Notes: generated by a model not told the origin, from the letters alone. Shown: positions 26,431 to 39,059, counted from the first letter of the whole stretch. The stretch is DNA of 63,165 bases, filler included, from Chiloscyllium plagiosum (GCF_004010195.1; 4 parts of one record of this genome joined end to end with filler, not necessarily neighbours in it); one strand, 5' to 3'. A program made the numbers and translations.

Positions 26431-27235
26431 CTTTTTCAGATGCCTAAACAGCTGAACCCACAGATGGCAGCTCTCTTGCATGTGTGCAGTGGCTTTTGAA
26501 AGATAGGACAGCCCCAAGGGATGCTGATTTTATGGAGGACCCCTACTGAGTGGTGAGTTCCTCCATGAATGGTACATGGAGTGGAAAGAGGGCATGAAAT
26601 AGGGTCACGAGTACTCAACAGCAATTAAAGTGATGAGCTTGGTAAGATACAGTGAGAAAACACACAATCTTGCAGTGACAATCACTCCACAAAATCTGAA
26701 GTGACTTGCCCAGTAGACAGAAAATGGTAAGATTCAGCCCAATCAATTCTTAAAAACCTCTTAACATGATTCAAAACAGTTAGAGAACTATGTCACATTC
26801 AGGTGGGGAGAGGTGAATCCTCCCTGGTTTAGCATATAAAGGGCAATTGATGGGCAAAATGAGACAACAAGCCAATGTTTTCCACATCCCTTGAATGAAT
26901 AACAATAAGATTAGAGACAATACCTTGTTGCAGTTACAAATCCATTTCCTTTGTTCTGCCAAAGCAATTGGTTGAATCACAGCAGATTCCAATGTTCCCG
27001 TGCTGGGATCGTTGCTTCCAAGTTGAATAATTACATTTCCAATCTATGAAGCTTATCAAATAAGGAGGTAGATTATGAATTTCTTCAAACCTGATGAGTT
27101 TCAGTCTATTTGATAACCTGATAATTTCACTCCAGTCTGGTTCTGGTATATGAATGCTTTAACAAAGCATTGTTGAAACTATGGTTGGGTGATCACTGCA
27201 ACCATTTTTAAGTCAGTGATACTTTTCCCCTTTTG

Positions 27236-27543
27236 ATTAGATTATCTACAGTATGAAAACAGGCCCTTTGGCCCACCAAGTCCATACCAACCCTACAAAG
27301 AGTAACCCACCCAGGCTCATTCCCCTACTCTATATTTACACCTGACTAATGCACCTAGCACTATGGGCAATTTAGCATGGTCAGTTCACCTGACCTGCAT
27401 ATCTTTGGATTGTGGGAGGAAACCGATGCAATCTTGGGGAAAATGTACGAACTCCATACAGACAGTCGCCCAAGGTGGGAATTGAACCCCAGACCCAGGC
27501 GCTGTGAGGCAGCAGTACTAACCACTGAGCCACTATGCCACCC
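27236..27543 (-). mobile_element. HE1-type V-SINE
   Basis: As other copies. Confidence 0.88.
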
Positions 27544-27551
27544 CTTTCTTT

Positions 27552-28268
27552 TGTTACGACATGGGGTAAGCCCCTCTGCTAATTTAAACCCGACACACAG
27601 AAAAAATTCACCCTGTGTAATCTGTGAAAATTTGAGATGCAAAGGGCTATCCCAAAAGTGATTATTTAAAGTAAAAATTAGCAACTTTAATTTTTTTAAA
27701 TCTAACAGAGAATAATTAACTAACAACTATTTACAATTCCTTTCTCTAACCTATCTTTTACCTTCCCCTCTACAATACTGGTCCGATAAAACCTCCGAAT
27801 AAGATTTACAGAAACATTCACATTTGAAAACCAGCCAGCTATCGAATTTTCTCTTGGAATATCTTCCTCTGTCTTCTTTTCTTCTTCTTAGGGTTTCTGA
27901 TTCACAGGCTATTGATAGATAAAGGTACCTTTAAGAGCGATATTCTAATGGCAGTCTGCAGATGTTGGTGACTTGGTGGTTCTCCTCCTCAACTGTTCAA
28001 TTTTCCCCGGCCTTATACCCCAAAGTATTCAATCATTTCATTGGTTTTTAATATTGTCAATATCCTAAATTCAAACTTGATTGGAGGTTGGTATTTAAAC
28101 TGATTGGCTGCATTTGAATTTGTTTTTGTCTCCAGGCAACCCAGGCAGTGCTATCTGTTCTGAACCAAAAGTTACATTCTAAATTCTCCAGCACTCTGTG
28201 TGCTTGTTTAAGTCCTTGCTAGCTTTCAACTTTCTTAAAGGTGCAGTACCCCATACGCCTTCATAACA
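27552..28268. mobile_element. Solo LTR (Gypsy-like)
   Basis: TGTTAC...ATAACA termini; 4-bp TSD CTTT at 27548-27551 and 28269-28272; colinear with 20385-21714. Confidence 0.85.
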
Positions 28269-28364
28269 CTTTCAAACTAGGTATCATCATCAAATCAGAA
28301 ATTGATGATCCATAATTTACCACTTACATAACAACTACCCTTCTCAAATTCATAACTGCAGCTT

Positions 28365-28590
28365 GGGTGGCACGGTGGCTAGCACTGCTGCCTCTTAGTG
28401 TCAGGGTCCTGGTTTTGTTTCCACCCTCAGGTGACTGTGTGGAACTTGCACAATCCCCCCCCGGTCTACGTGGGTTTCCTCCCACAGTGAAAAATATGCA
28501 GGATAGAGTCGGATACATTTTGGACGGTTGGTGTGGACTTGATGGGCTGAATGGCCTGCTTCCTTATTTATAGGGATTCTGGGATTCTAA
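28365..28590 (+). mobile_element. Divergent HE1-like SINE
   Basis: ggcacggtggctagcactgctgcctc head; gggtttcctcccacag. Confidence 0.75.
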
Positions 28591-28649
28591 TTATCATCTG
28601 ATACAAAACAGATGGGAACTTGGCTTTGGTTGGATATTTTTTTCCCCAG

Positions 28650-29507
28650 TCATATCATCTACCCTCTGGTCAGGTGACCAATGATCTCCAGGATTGTTAC
28701 ATAAAAAATGATTTATTTTCATGAGTATGGATAAAACTTGAAATGCAGAAGCCAAGTTTAAACCGATCCAGATTCCATATTTTGCAAACTGCAGAGCTGG
28801 AACAGAGTATTCCCGCAGCCATGCCTTCGACAATCGACTTCCTGTTGAGACCAGACAGGCCTGGAACTGCCTGGTCAGATGCTAACGGCCACAATGTTTC
28901 AGATTGATCTATTGTTTACACCTCTAGTGAAGCTGCATTGATAGAAAAAGGTTGCACAGACATGGTGGCACCCAGTTCAGTAGGGAGCCAGAGACATAAC
29001 ATGTCAAGGACAGCATTGACAGTTGAAGTTCAAAAACATGTTCTGCGACCTCCAAATATGAAAATAGTCACTTTATTGGATCTTCTGCCAAATGCTTGTA
29101 TTGGACTCAGGCCACAGAGTCTTCGAGAAGGATGTGAAGAGGAGGATGAAAGAAGCAACCTGGATCCCCAGCTGCTTTGCATTTTGCACTTTTCTCAACA
29201 TCATTTCCAAAGAGTACCCCAGACTGGCAGCCGAGGTGTACATGATCTCCAGCTCCTTGTACCTCATGCTGAGTATTATCAGACTACCCAGACCCAGACT
29301 GACAACCTCAGTGAGAACATTCGAAGGGCAGAACCAGCCCGAGATAACAGGAGAACTCAAATCGACAACTGCAGATCCTGAAACATCAACCAATCTCAAA
29401 GACCGAGGAACAGCCAGTCCCAGCCTTATTGAATGAGTTTTACCAGTCCTTTCAGATGAGCAGCAGTAGGGATCAGAAAATAGGCTGTATTGAATCCTTG
29501 AAAGCAT
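28650..29507. other. Orphan coding-like segment (possible endogenous viral element, DIRS remnant or pseudo-exon)
   Basis: Three overlapping ORFs (28938-29381 +, 29092-29436 +, 29073-29507 -); unrelated to any repeat family recognised in the window. Confidence 0.35.
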
Positions 29508-29540
29508 TAGTCAGAAGTAGATACTGGTATCAAAGTAGAG

Positions 29541-29675
29541 AATGTCTACTAGCCCACTATCCTCCATATGCCTATCCAATGCCCGCTTAAATGCCCATAA
29601 TGAGGGAGAGTCCACCACTGCTACTGGCAGGGCATTCCACGAACTCACGACTCGCTGAGTAAAGAACCTACCCCT
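29541..29675 (-). mobile_element. CR1 3' fragment next to a gap
   Basis: ggcagggcattccacgaactcacgactcgctgagtaaagaac is antisense of FFTQRVVSSWNALP. Confidence 0.75.
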
Positions 29676-29775
29676 NNNNNNNNNNNNNNNNNNNNNNNNN
29701 NNNNNNNNNNNNNNNNNNNTTAATTAATTAANNNNNNNNNNNNNNNNNNNNNNNNNNNNNNNNNNNNNNNNNNNN
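29676..29775. other. Artificial gap spacer N44-TTAATTAATTAA-N44
   Basis: Same structure as 13245-13344. Confidence 0.95.
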
Positions 29776-30810
29776 TTGTTGTGCGGTGCCCATTCATCCG
29801 TTGTCGTAGCCTTTGCTTGATTTCCCCAATGTACCATGCCTCCGGGCATCCTTGCCTGCAACGTAAAAGGGTTTTGTGATTTACACATGAAAGAAGTGAA
29901 ACTATCACTGTATTCTAACAGATGAAAGGCTTAACAGACAATCAATTTTTCAATGTATAATTTCAGTTACATCAATCTGCAAATTTTTGCTATAAATTCT
30001 GTGTTACGATCAAGCCCTCCACAATCACCTGATGAAGGAGCGTCGCTCCGAAAGCTAGTGTGCTTCCAATTAAACCTGTTGGACTATAACCTGTTGTTGT
30101 GTGATTTTTAACTTTAACAATTGCTGTCATGTCAGTCCAGATAATGCATTGAAGGCGTGAGGTGCCCTGTGTGAGGCTGTCTGTGCCCCAATGGTCAGAC
30201 TGATTCTAATCTTAAAAAGGGATTTATAGAACCTTGCATGGATTCATGCAGTTCTTGAGCAAAATAAAATGTAATTCTGCGAGTACAAATTCACCCCACT
30301 ACCTTATCATGTGTGTGTGTGCATGTGGGTGTGTGTGTGCAGGGGGTGTATGAGTGGCTGTGAGAGAGTGTGTGTATGTGTATGTGTTTAAGTGTGAGTG
30401 TAAAGGGGTATAAGTCTGTAAGAGGGTGCATGTGTTAGTGTGGGCGTGTACATGTGACCATTTGAGAGAGAGTTTGTGTATGAGAGAGGGTCTGCGTGAG
30501 TGTATGTGTCTGTAGATATGTATGTGTGTGTGCGTGTACGTGTGTGTGTGTGTATAGTGCACTGGGGTCACATGAACCCAAGGTCCCAGTTGAGGCCATT
30601 CCCATAGGTACCGAACTTAGCTATCAACCTCTGCTCGGCCACTTTACGTTGTTGGCTGTCCTGAAGTCTGCCTTGGAGGATGGTCACCTGAAGGTCTGAG
30701 GTCGAATGTCCCAGATCACTGAAGTGTTCTCCAAAAGGGAGGGAACACTCCTGCCTGGTGATTGTGGTGTGGTGTCCATTTGTCCATTGCTGTAGCCTCT
30801 GCTCAATCTT
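29776..30810. mobile_element. Penelope-like element pieces: GIY-YIG (-), pseudo-LTR (+, 29869-30116), second 3' part (-)
   Basis: CRQGCPEAWYIGEIKQRLRQRMNGHR; GT-rich tract 30310-30552. Confidence 0.8.
30026..30060 (+). ncRNA. Intact minimal hammerhead ribozyme motif
   Basis: CAC-CUGAUGA-A-GGAGC-GUC-GCUCC-GAAA-GCUA-GUG: stem I CAC/GUG, 5-bp stem II, palindromic AGCU, predicted cleavage after CUA. Confidence 0.8.
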
Positions 30811-31140
30811 ACCAATGTACTATGTACCAAATATTATGGTATTATTGTGCAGCCTGCACTTACACATTGATGCCCAATTATCTGATGTGATGGCATTGTG
30901 TAAAAATGTGCAAAGCAAACTACGGTCAGAGAAACTACGGTCCTTGGATGCTGCCTGACCTGCTGCGCTTTTCCAGCAACACATTTTCAGCTCTGATCTC
31001 CAGCATCTGCAGCCCTCACTTTCTCCTACGGTCAGAGAGACAATCACTTCATAAACAGTATGCTCTGGGTGCACACTTGTATAATAAACTCTTTGCATTG
31101 TTTAGACCATCAATTGCCTCAGACTCTAGTGCCATTTGAA

Positions 31141-31205
31141 CACACACACACACATACACACACACACACACACACATACACACACACATACACACACACA
31201 CACAT
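31141..31205. repeat. (CA)n microsatellite
   Basis: Directly visible. Confidence 0.95.
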
Positions 31206-31981
31206 ACATATTCATACATATGTATAAAATTGAAATATAAATTGCAAAATGGAAATTTGGACGATGCTGTATCACAGAGAATGACCTAGCGTTTCCTTAC
31301 AACTCTGTGTGATGTTCACTGATTAGTTATTCAAAGTCATGCCACTTTTGGAGAAACTACATTTGATATTTTTGGGAAACAAAATGGTAGCAGGTGTCTT
31401 TGTTTTGAAATAAAACAACTGTTGTAAATAAATCTTTTAAAAATCTGAAACCTTGCAGCTTTATTCCTTCACTAAATAACAGTATGAGTTTCATTTGTGA
31501 ATTGTAAGGATCGTGTAAGATATTAAGGAGACACAGACATGCTCGTGGAATGGGCAGACAAGTGGCAGATGAAAGTTAAGATAGAGAGCAGGATTTTGAG
31601 TTCCATTTGGAAATAAGCGTGGGGGTTGGCAGACATTAAATTTCCAAGGCAAGATGCGAGTTGCCACTCATGTGCAATTGAGCTATTTAAAGGCCTCTTG
31701 TGGGTTTTTGTTAGAGCATGATTGAAATTTTCAGTTTCCCAGATAGAGTTTGAATTCCTTCTCTGCTAGCGAGTCATGGTTCTGTTGCAGTCTGCCCTCT
31801 GCTGGACACTTTCCCTCCATAATGGTAACCTGTCTGCTGATCTGAAAATGTGTTGCTGGAAAAGCGCAGCAGGTCAGGCAGCATCCAAGGAACAGGAGAA
31901 TTGACGTTTCAGGCATACCTGTCTGCTGATGCCAATTTTGATGCAATGATTTAACCAGCTCAAGAGAAGATGAGTCAAAGA

Positions 31982-32028
31982 TCTTTCTTTCTTTCTTTCT
32001 TTCTTTCGTTCTTTCTTTCTTTCTTTCT
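31982..32028. repeat. (TCTT)n microsatellite
   Basis: Directly visible. Confidence 0.95.
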
Positions 32029-32448
32029 TGTCTGAATGCAGGCATCAGCTCATTGGGAGTTATAGGGTTTCCTGTCTGCTCTCCAGCTTCAAAGAACTCT
32101 CCCTCTGGCCCCTAACTGGCCAATTAATGAATAATCATTGCTAGATGACTGTTTCCCATACAATCTGGGGTTGTGCCCTACATTTGGTCCAGCCCCGAAA
32201 GGGGAAAAAAGCAAGGAAGTCATGAACCACCTGGGGGTAGAGAAAGCAGATAGAGAAACAATATCAACTCACTCTGTCTCAAAGCTGTGCCTTCATCTCA
32301 TGCACCACCTCAAAGGACTTTTTCTTTCAGGTATCAAGGTGGGCAAACTGCAGTAATTTATGGATTGTAAAATCCGCATCGAGTACCACTCTCTCCTTCC
32401 TGCCTCTCAGACCCATTACTCAGAGCCGATCTCTCACCCGCCCTTGAT

Positions 32449-32763
32449 GAGAATCCCTACAGTGTGGAAACAGGCCGTTCAGCCCAACATGTCCACACTG
32501 GCCCTCCAAAGAGCAACCCACCCAGACCCATTCCCCACCCTACATTTATCCCTAACTAATGCACCTCACAGTATGGCAATTTAGCATGGCCAATTCACCT
32601 AACCTGTACATCTTTGGACTATGGGAGGAAACCAGAGCACCTGGAGGAAACCCACGCAGACACGGGGAGAATGTGCAAACTACACACAGACAATCACCCG
32701 AGGCTGGAATCGAATGCTGGTCCCTGTTGCTGTGAGGCAGCAATGCTAACCACTGGGCCACTG
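32449..32763 (-). mobile_element. HE1-type V-SINE
   Basis: As other copies. Confidence 0.88.
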
Positions 32764-32849
32764 GGCCTCCTTAGCACCTACCTATTCCCAGCCCTCAGAT
32801 TACATCCCTTTCTGTCTCCCAGGTCATTCCCCCAGACCCCAGTCCTTGC

Positions 32850-35400
32850 CATGTGTTCACCATACCTCCTGACCATCCCCTCTCTGAGGCTGAACATACT
32901 GTCCTTGACAATGGACTCAGCTTCATACCCTTATACCTGCATCTTAATAAATTTCAGGCTCACCATAATGTTAAACTGTTCCTCCACTTTCTCCATCTCC
33001 ACGCTCACTTCTTCCTGTAAGACTTCCCCCCCACACCATCCCCACCCTCACCCCCAACCCTAGTTCCACTCATCTCTTTACCCACCTCCAGTATTCACCC
33101 TCCACTTGGACCACTTCCCCCAGCCTCTTACCTGCTCTCGATCTCTTGATTGAAAACTGCTGGCATGACATTAGCTATTTCAATTTCTCTGCTTCTCTCA
33201 CCCACTCTGACCTATTCCCTCCTGAAATTGCTGCTTCACTTTCTTAGGTCCAACTCTAAATTTGATATCAAACCCCCTGACAAGGTGGAGACGTTGTAGT
33301 CTGATACACTGATCTTTACCTGCGGAGGCTCAATGCCAACTCTCGGACACTTCTTTCTCCTGCCCCCCGGACCATGAGCCGATATCCGAACACCAAACCA
33401 TTGTTGGCAGGACTGTCACTGACCTCGTTACCTCTGGAGATCCTCCCCCCCCCACTGCCTCCAACCTTATAATCTCCCAAACCCGAACAGCTCACCTGTA
33501 CCTCCTTCCCAAAATCCATAAACCAGACTGTCCCGGTAGGCCCATTGTTATCAGTCTGTTCCTGCCCCACTGAGCTCATTTCCTCCTATCTTCATTCCAT
33601 TTTCTCACCAGTTAAACAGACTCTGCCCACGTACATCCATGATTCCTTTAATACCCTCTGCCATATTGACAAGTTCCAGTTCCCTGGCCCTAACTGCCTC
33701 TTGTTCACCAGGGGTGTCCAATCCCTCTATACCTCCATTCCCTATCAGGCTGGTCTGAGAGCTCTTGGCGTCTGCCTTGACCAGAGGCCTGAACAATCCC
33801 CATCCACCACCACTCTCCTTCACCTGGCTGAACCTGTTCTCTCACTGAACAATTTCTCCTTTAATTCATCTCACTTCTACCAAATCAAAGGATTGGCTAT
33901 GGGCATCCACATGGATCCCAGTTATGTCTGCCTCTTTAGGAGGTATGTGGAACAATTCTTGTTCCAGTCTTTCACTGGCACCTACACACTACTCTTTCTC
34001 AGGACATTGATGACTTTTGGTGCCACTTCACATTCCTGCCTGGACCTTGAAAAATTTGTTCATTTTCCCTCCAATTTTCACACCTCAACTTACACATCAT
34101 CCATGTCCAACACTTCCCTTCCTATCCTTGAGCTCTCTGATTCCATTTTGGAAAATAAACTGTCCACTGTCATCCATCACAAAGTCACTGACTCCCATAG
34201 CTACCTTCACTACAGCTCATCACAGCCCACGTTCTGCAAAGGCTCCATCCAATTCTTCCAGTTCCTTTGCCTACATTGCATCTGTTTGGATGATGCCACC
34301 TTCCAAAACAGCACTGCTGACATGGAGTCCTTCTTCCATGACCGTGATTTCCTGCCCACTGTAGTTAATAGAGCCCTCAACTGCATCTAACCTATCACAT
34401 GTACTTCCACCATTGCCCCTTCCCATTACTTACAACAGGATGATCGGGTCCCTTTGTCATCACTTTACATCCCACCAACTTCTATGTTCAAAGGATAATT
34501 TCAGACAACCATTTCAGACAATCATCTCACCACTTCAGGTAACTCCAGTAGTACACCATCACCAAATACATCTTCCCCTCACTCTCCCTGTCTCCATTTC
34601 ACAGGAATCAATCCCTCCCAGACACGCTAGTCCATTGCATAATCACAAACACCATCCCTCCCTCCACAGAAGGTGCAACACCTGTCCCTTCACCTCATCC
34701 TTGCTCATCATGCAAGGGCCTAAACAGTCTTTCCAGGTGAAGCAGCAATTCACCTGTACCTCCTCCAATCTTGTATATTATATTCGCTGCACCCAATGTG
34801 GTGTACTCTACATTGGAGAAACCAAACGCAGACTGGGTGACTGCTTTGCAGAACACCTCCGGTCTGTGCGCAAGTAAGACCATGACTTCCCGTAGCTGGT
34901 TATTTTAACACAGTGTCCTGTTCGCATCCCCACATGTCTGCCCTCGACATGCTGCAGTGGCCCAGTGAATCATGGCTCATATTGGAGGAACAACATTTCA
35001 TCTTCAGACAAGTCACTTTACTACCTTCTGGACTTAATATTGAGTTCAACAGCTTCAAATTGTGAACCCACTCCCACTCCTTCCTTTTCTTTTAGCTTTA
35101 CCTGTTATACTTTCTGTCATTATGTCCTCTCTGTCCTTCTCCTGCCCCAGTGGGACTGTCAGTTCTTTCCAGTCTGGTAGTTAGACACACTATTGTTCTG
35201 CTATTCTCACATTCCAATCACTTAATATGCACTATCTGCCCCAGCACTCCACCTCTCCAGGCCTCCTACCCGCTATTGCATAAATGCTGCCCCCTCCACA
35301 CTTCACATCAACCCCGATGAAGAGTCATCTAGATTCGAAACGTTAGCTTGCTCTTTCTCAAGGATGCTGCCTAACACATTGGGATCTCCAACATTTGTTG
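32850..35400 (+). mobile_element. Near-complete degenerate Penelope-like retroelement (RT + GIY-YIG + pseudo-LTR)
   Basis: ORF 33545-34390 (VQSLYTSIP, LSLNNFSFN, YQIKGLAMG); ORF 34413-34877 (CTSSNLVYYIRCTQCGVLYIGETKRRL); hammerhead-like motif at ~35312-35347. Confidence 0.92.
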
Positions 35401-36181
35401 TTGTTAGATAGAGAAACAATCCCATTGGTGGACAAATCAAGGAACAGAGAGCATAGATTTAAGATGATCAGCAAAAGAACCAAAGGTGGTTTGAGTTTAT
35501 TTTTTAAAAATAGCCCTGAGTGGTTGGGGTCAGAAATTGACTTCCTGAGAGAGTGGTGAATGCAGGTCCAATTGTAGCTTTCCATGACAGGGCTATGGGA
35601 AATGGGCGGGGAAGTGGGCCGAATTGAGTTCATCTTACATACAACCAGTACACTTGGGGTGGGCCAAGTTACTTTCCTCTGAGTTGTAACCATTCTATAA
35701 TCCTATTCCACTCTACCGGATAGAAGAAAAAATAATGTACAAATGAGATCTGAAATTTTGCTGTAAAATCTTCATGGAGCAATTGCAATAATATGGAGAA
35801 AGATTTGAAGTGCCGTGATGAAAAGAAATAGGAAGGGATCACAGGAGGAAAGAACCTGCAAACATCTCATTATTTCTTTCCTACTATCCTGACCTGATGC
35901 ACATATCAAAGATTAAGGATAAAGAACATCCCCCTGTACTGAAGTGTTCAATGATCTTATTTCCAAATTCATCCCCCTTCAAGTAGTTACAAGAACAAAC
36001 TAATCTTAAAGGCACATTTGACTTTCATGGCACCTTCAATGTATTTTTCTTTGTTACTTTATTTTAGAATTGTTTTCACCCTTGCTGTATGTGCCAATTC
36101 CATATTTTAATTTTTTTCATGAGATGTGGGCATTGTTGGCATTTGGTACTCATCCCTAACTAAGTGGTTTGCTTGGCTTTA

Positions 36182-36531
36182 TAGAAGTGTTTACAACATT
36201 CCTCTGCTCTATGTCTGGAGTCATACATATGCCTGACCTGGACGGCAGAGTTTCCCAGTGAACCTAATTCATATTCGAAGTTCATCACCTATTACCAGAG
36301 CAATAGCCTCTTAGAAGTGTTTACAACATTCCTCTGCTCTATGTCTGGAGTCATACATATGCCTGACCTGGACGGCAGAGTTTCCCAGTGAACCAGATTG
36401 CTTTTTAAACCAAACTTCAAGGTTAGTTGTCACTGTAATCATGACTGAGGTTGCCTTCCTTTTCTAAGTCAACAATTATGAATCTAATTCATATTCGAAG
36501 TTCATCACCTATTACCAGAGCAATAGCCTCT
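36182..36531. repeat. Complex local duplication A-B-A-C-B
   Basis: 36182-36264 = 36312-36394; 36264-36311 = 36484-36531. Confidence 0.9.
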
Positions 36532-36969
36532 GCCTCCCCATCCATGATGATTATAAATTGACTGCTGTTTTATAACCAATTGAGAAATGGTGTTGGAAAA
36601 ACTATGTATAGTGACTTATTCTCCAAAGTCAGAAAGTTAATGAGGAACTCTCTTCGATCTAAAGTAGTCATGTGGCAGCATGTCTGGAGTAACAGTTCCC
36701 TATGGATGGATATCCTTTGTAATATTGAGCTTACTTCCATCTTTGTCATTACCTGGAAATTGACAATAGTTGCAGTTACTAAAACACTGCCAGCTTTGCA
36801 TTTTCAATGAAAGATTATAGCTACCTGGAAAGTAATTACAAGTTTTTACCCAAAGGGTTTGAGTAACATCATTAACTATTATGAAGTTTTGTTGCATTTT
36901 GAAGATTAAATTAATACAACAATGTAGTTTTTTTGTTAACATGAACATTGAAAAGGACTGTGCAAGATA

Positions 36970-37123
36970 CAGGAGAATCGACGTTTCAGGCATAAGCCCT
37001 TCATCAGGAAATGGTGCCCGAAACATCGATTCTCCTGTTCCTCCGATGCTGCCTGACCTGCTGTGCTTTTCCAGCACCACACTCACGACTCTGATCTCTA
37101 GCATCTGCAGTCCTCACTTTCTC
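36970..37123. mobile_element. ORF-less PLE pseudo-LTR insert with 12-bp TSD
   Basis: TSD CTGTGCAAGATA at 36958-36969 and 37124-37135; hammerhead on - strand ~36977-37008. Confidence 0.85.
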
Positions 37124-38559
37124 CTGTGCAAGATATAGTATTATTAATTTTTAAAAGAAACATGTGATACAATCTGAAGCACAATCAATTTCATGTCAAA
37201 AAACACAGCAATTTAATATTTGCAGAACACGGGCAGGAAATTATTCAACTGATTTTTTTCTAAATTTTCAGTTAAATTTTACTTACTTTGAGATGAATCT
37301 ACTCAATTAGAAAGGAATGGTCTTGATCCAGACATTTCTTAAAATCCACTTTCATCATATAACCAGATTTGTATTTTACCTGAAAATATTCCTGTTTGAT
37401 GTCTGAAATCAAAAGTCAGCTAAACTTGTCTAAATAATCAGGAAGATAATAGTTTCCCAGAAAGTAATTACAATCTTATATCCAAAGGGTTTGAGTAATA
37501 TTGTAAATTGCAATGGGATCTTTGCATTATCAGGTTAAATTAATGCAATGACCAATGCTGTAGAAAGAGCTCATACCATGTATGCTTAGTTTCTAAACAA
37601 CTAATACATTACCTTAACTATTTATTCTTTGATTTTGTATAAGTATGCTTACAAAAAAATAAAGGAGGACGTATTTTAAGGAAGTTCGCTTTAAGGACTC
37701 TATGCACTGCATGTCTAAAATGTTGTGATTCTTCCTGACAGTTAAGATACCATGGATTTGCAAGTTGCACGCACTAAAATTACTTGGCTGCTCTAGTCTC
37801 TGATTCATAACTTTAAGCATGTTTTACTGTTTTAAGTAAAATAACCAACACTTAATTAATCTGAGCGCTTGATTGTTAGCATGACAGTCAGAAAGCAGTG
37901 AGAATTAGCATCCTAACATTAGGTTGTGAGCTAACAAAATTGTTTTAGTAACAGTCCTTCTTTATTCTGAATTATCATTTAAATTGGTTTGTGCTTGTCT
38001 GCTGATAGTAAGCAGACTAAGTTGATATAGATGATTAACTGTGGGGAGCTCTGCTGCTTCAGCGGAGGTGTTAATTGGAAGTCCCTATCGCCTGGTTAGA
38101 GCTGTCAATGATCTTTGTAATAGAATATGGACGATGACTACAGTGAAATCAATAAACACCAAATGTCTTAGATTAGAATGACAAATGCTGGAAATGAACC
38201 CAAAAATACCTCAATGCACATCAGGCAGCAACCTCGGATACTTAGTGTCTTACTACTTAATTTTACGAGATTTGACAAGATACCCATCCTGACCTTGCCA
38301 GCCATTTCAATGATTAAAAGAAAACCTAAAAAAAAGGAAAGGTTTCAGGTATTTGCTGGAATATAGGTCCAGGTATTTGAATATAATTTGAAAAAGAAAT
38401 ACAACAAAGCAGTGTCAGCAGAATAAATTCTTCTACCTGATTAATGATGAAACCATTGAAATGAAATGAAGTCGCTGCATTTATGTGACAGTTGTGATCT
38501 AACTCAATAAAAGAAAAGGACTACAGGGCACCAATAATCAAGAGCACCTCTCTCTGTTC

Positions 38560-38850
38560 ATAGAATTATAGGATTCCTATAATGTGGAAAAAGGCCATTC
38601 AGCTCATCAAGTCCAGCACCCACCCTCCAAAAAGCAATGTAACCAGATCCAGTCCCTACCTTATCTCTGCAACCTTATATTTCCTGTGGCTAATCCACCT
38701 CATCTACACATCCTTGGACACTATGGGCCAATTTAGCATGGCCAATCCACCTAACCTGCACATCTTTAGACAGTGGGAGGAAAGAAGAGCACCCAGAGGA
38801 AACCCATGCAGACATGGGGAGAACGTGAAAACTCCACACAACCAGTCGTC
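38560..38850 (-). mobile_element. HE1-type SINE, 5'-truncated
   Basis: V-domain and gaatccta tail. Confidence 0.8.
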
Positions 38851-39059
38851 CAAGAAAGGAAGAATTGGTAATGTGACTTGAGAGGCACAGCTGCATATAA
38901 AACATGAGGCAAAGAGCGGGAACTCACCAGCGAATGTCAAGTCTTGTCTCTTGCGGTCCAAGTGTACTTTAATGATCTACTTACTGCCGGACAACCTCTC
39001 TAGAGTGCAACATTAGTGATTTTGATAAAACAGATCTTAAAACCTATTTTTATGATTGA

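Noticed and set aside
20385..28268. Full-length LTR retrotransposon bounded by the two related LTRs
   Set aside because: Each LTR has its own TSD and the interval lacks gag/pol
29410..29445. Minus-strand KTHSIRLGLA resembling a tyrosine recombinase H-x-x-R motif
   Set aside because: The downstream G(R/H)W and catalytic Tyr spacing are not present
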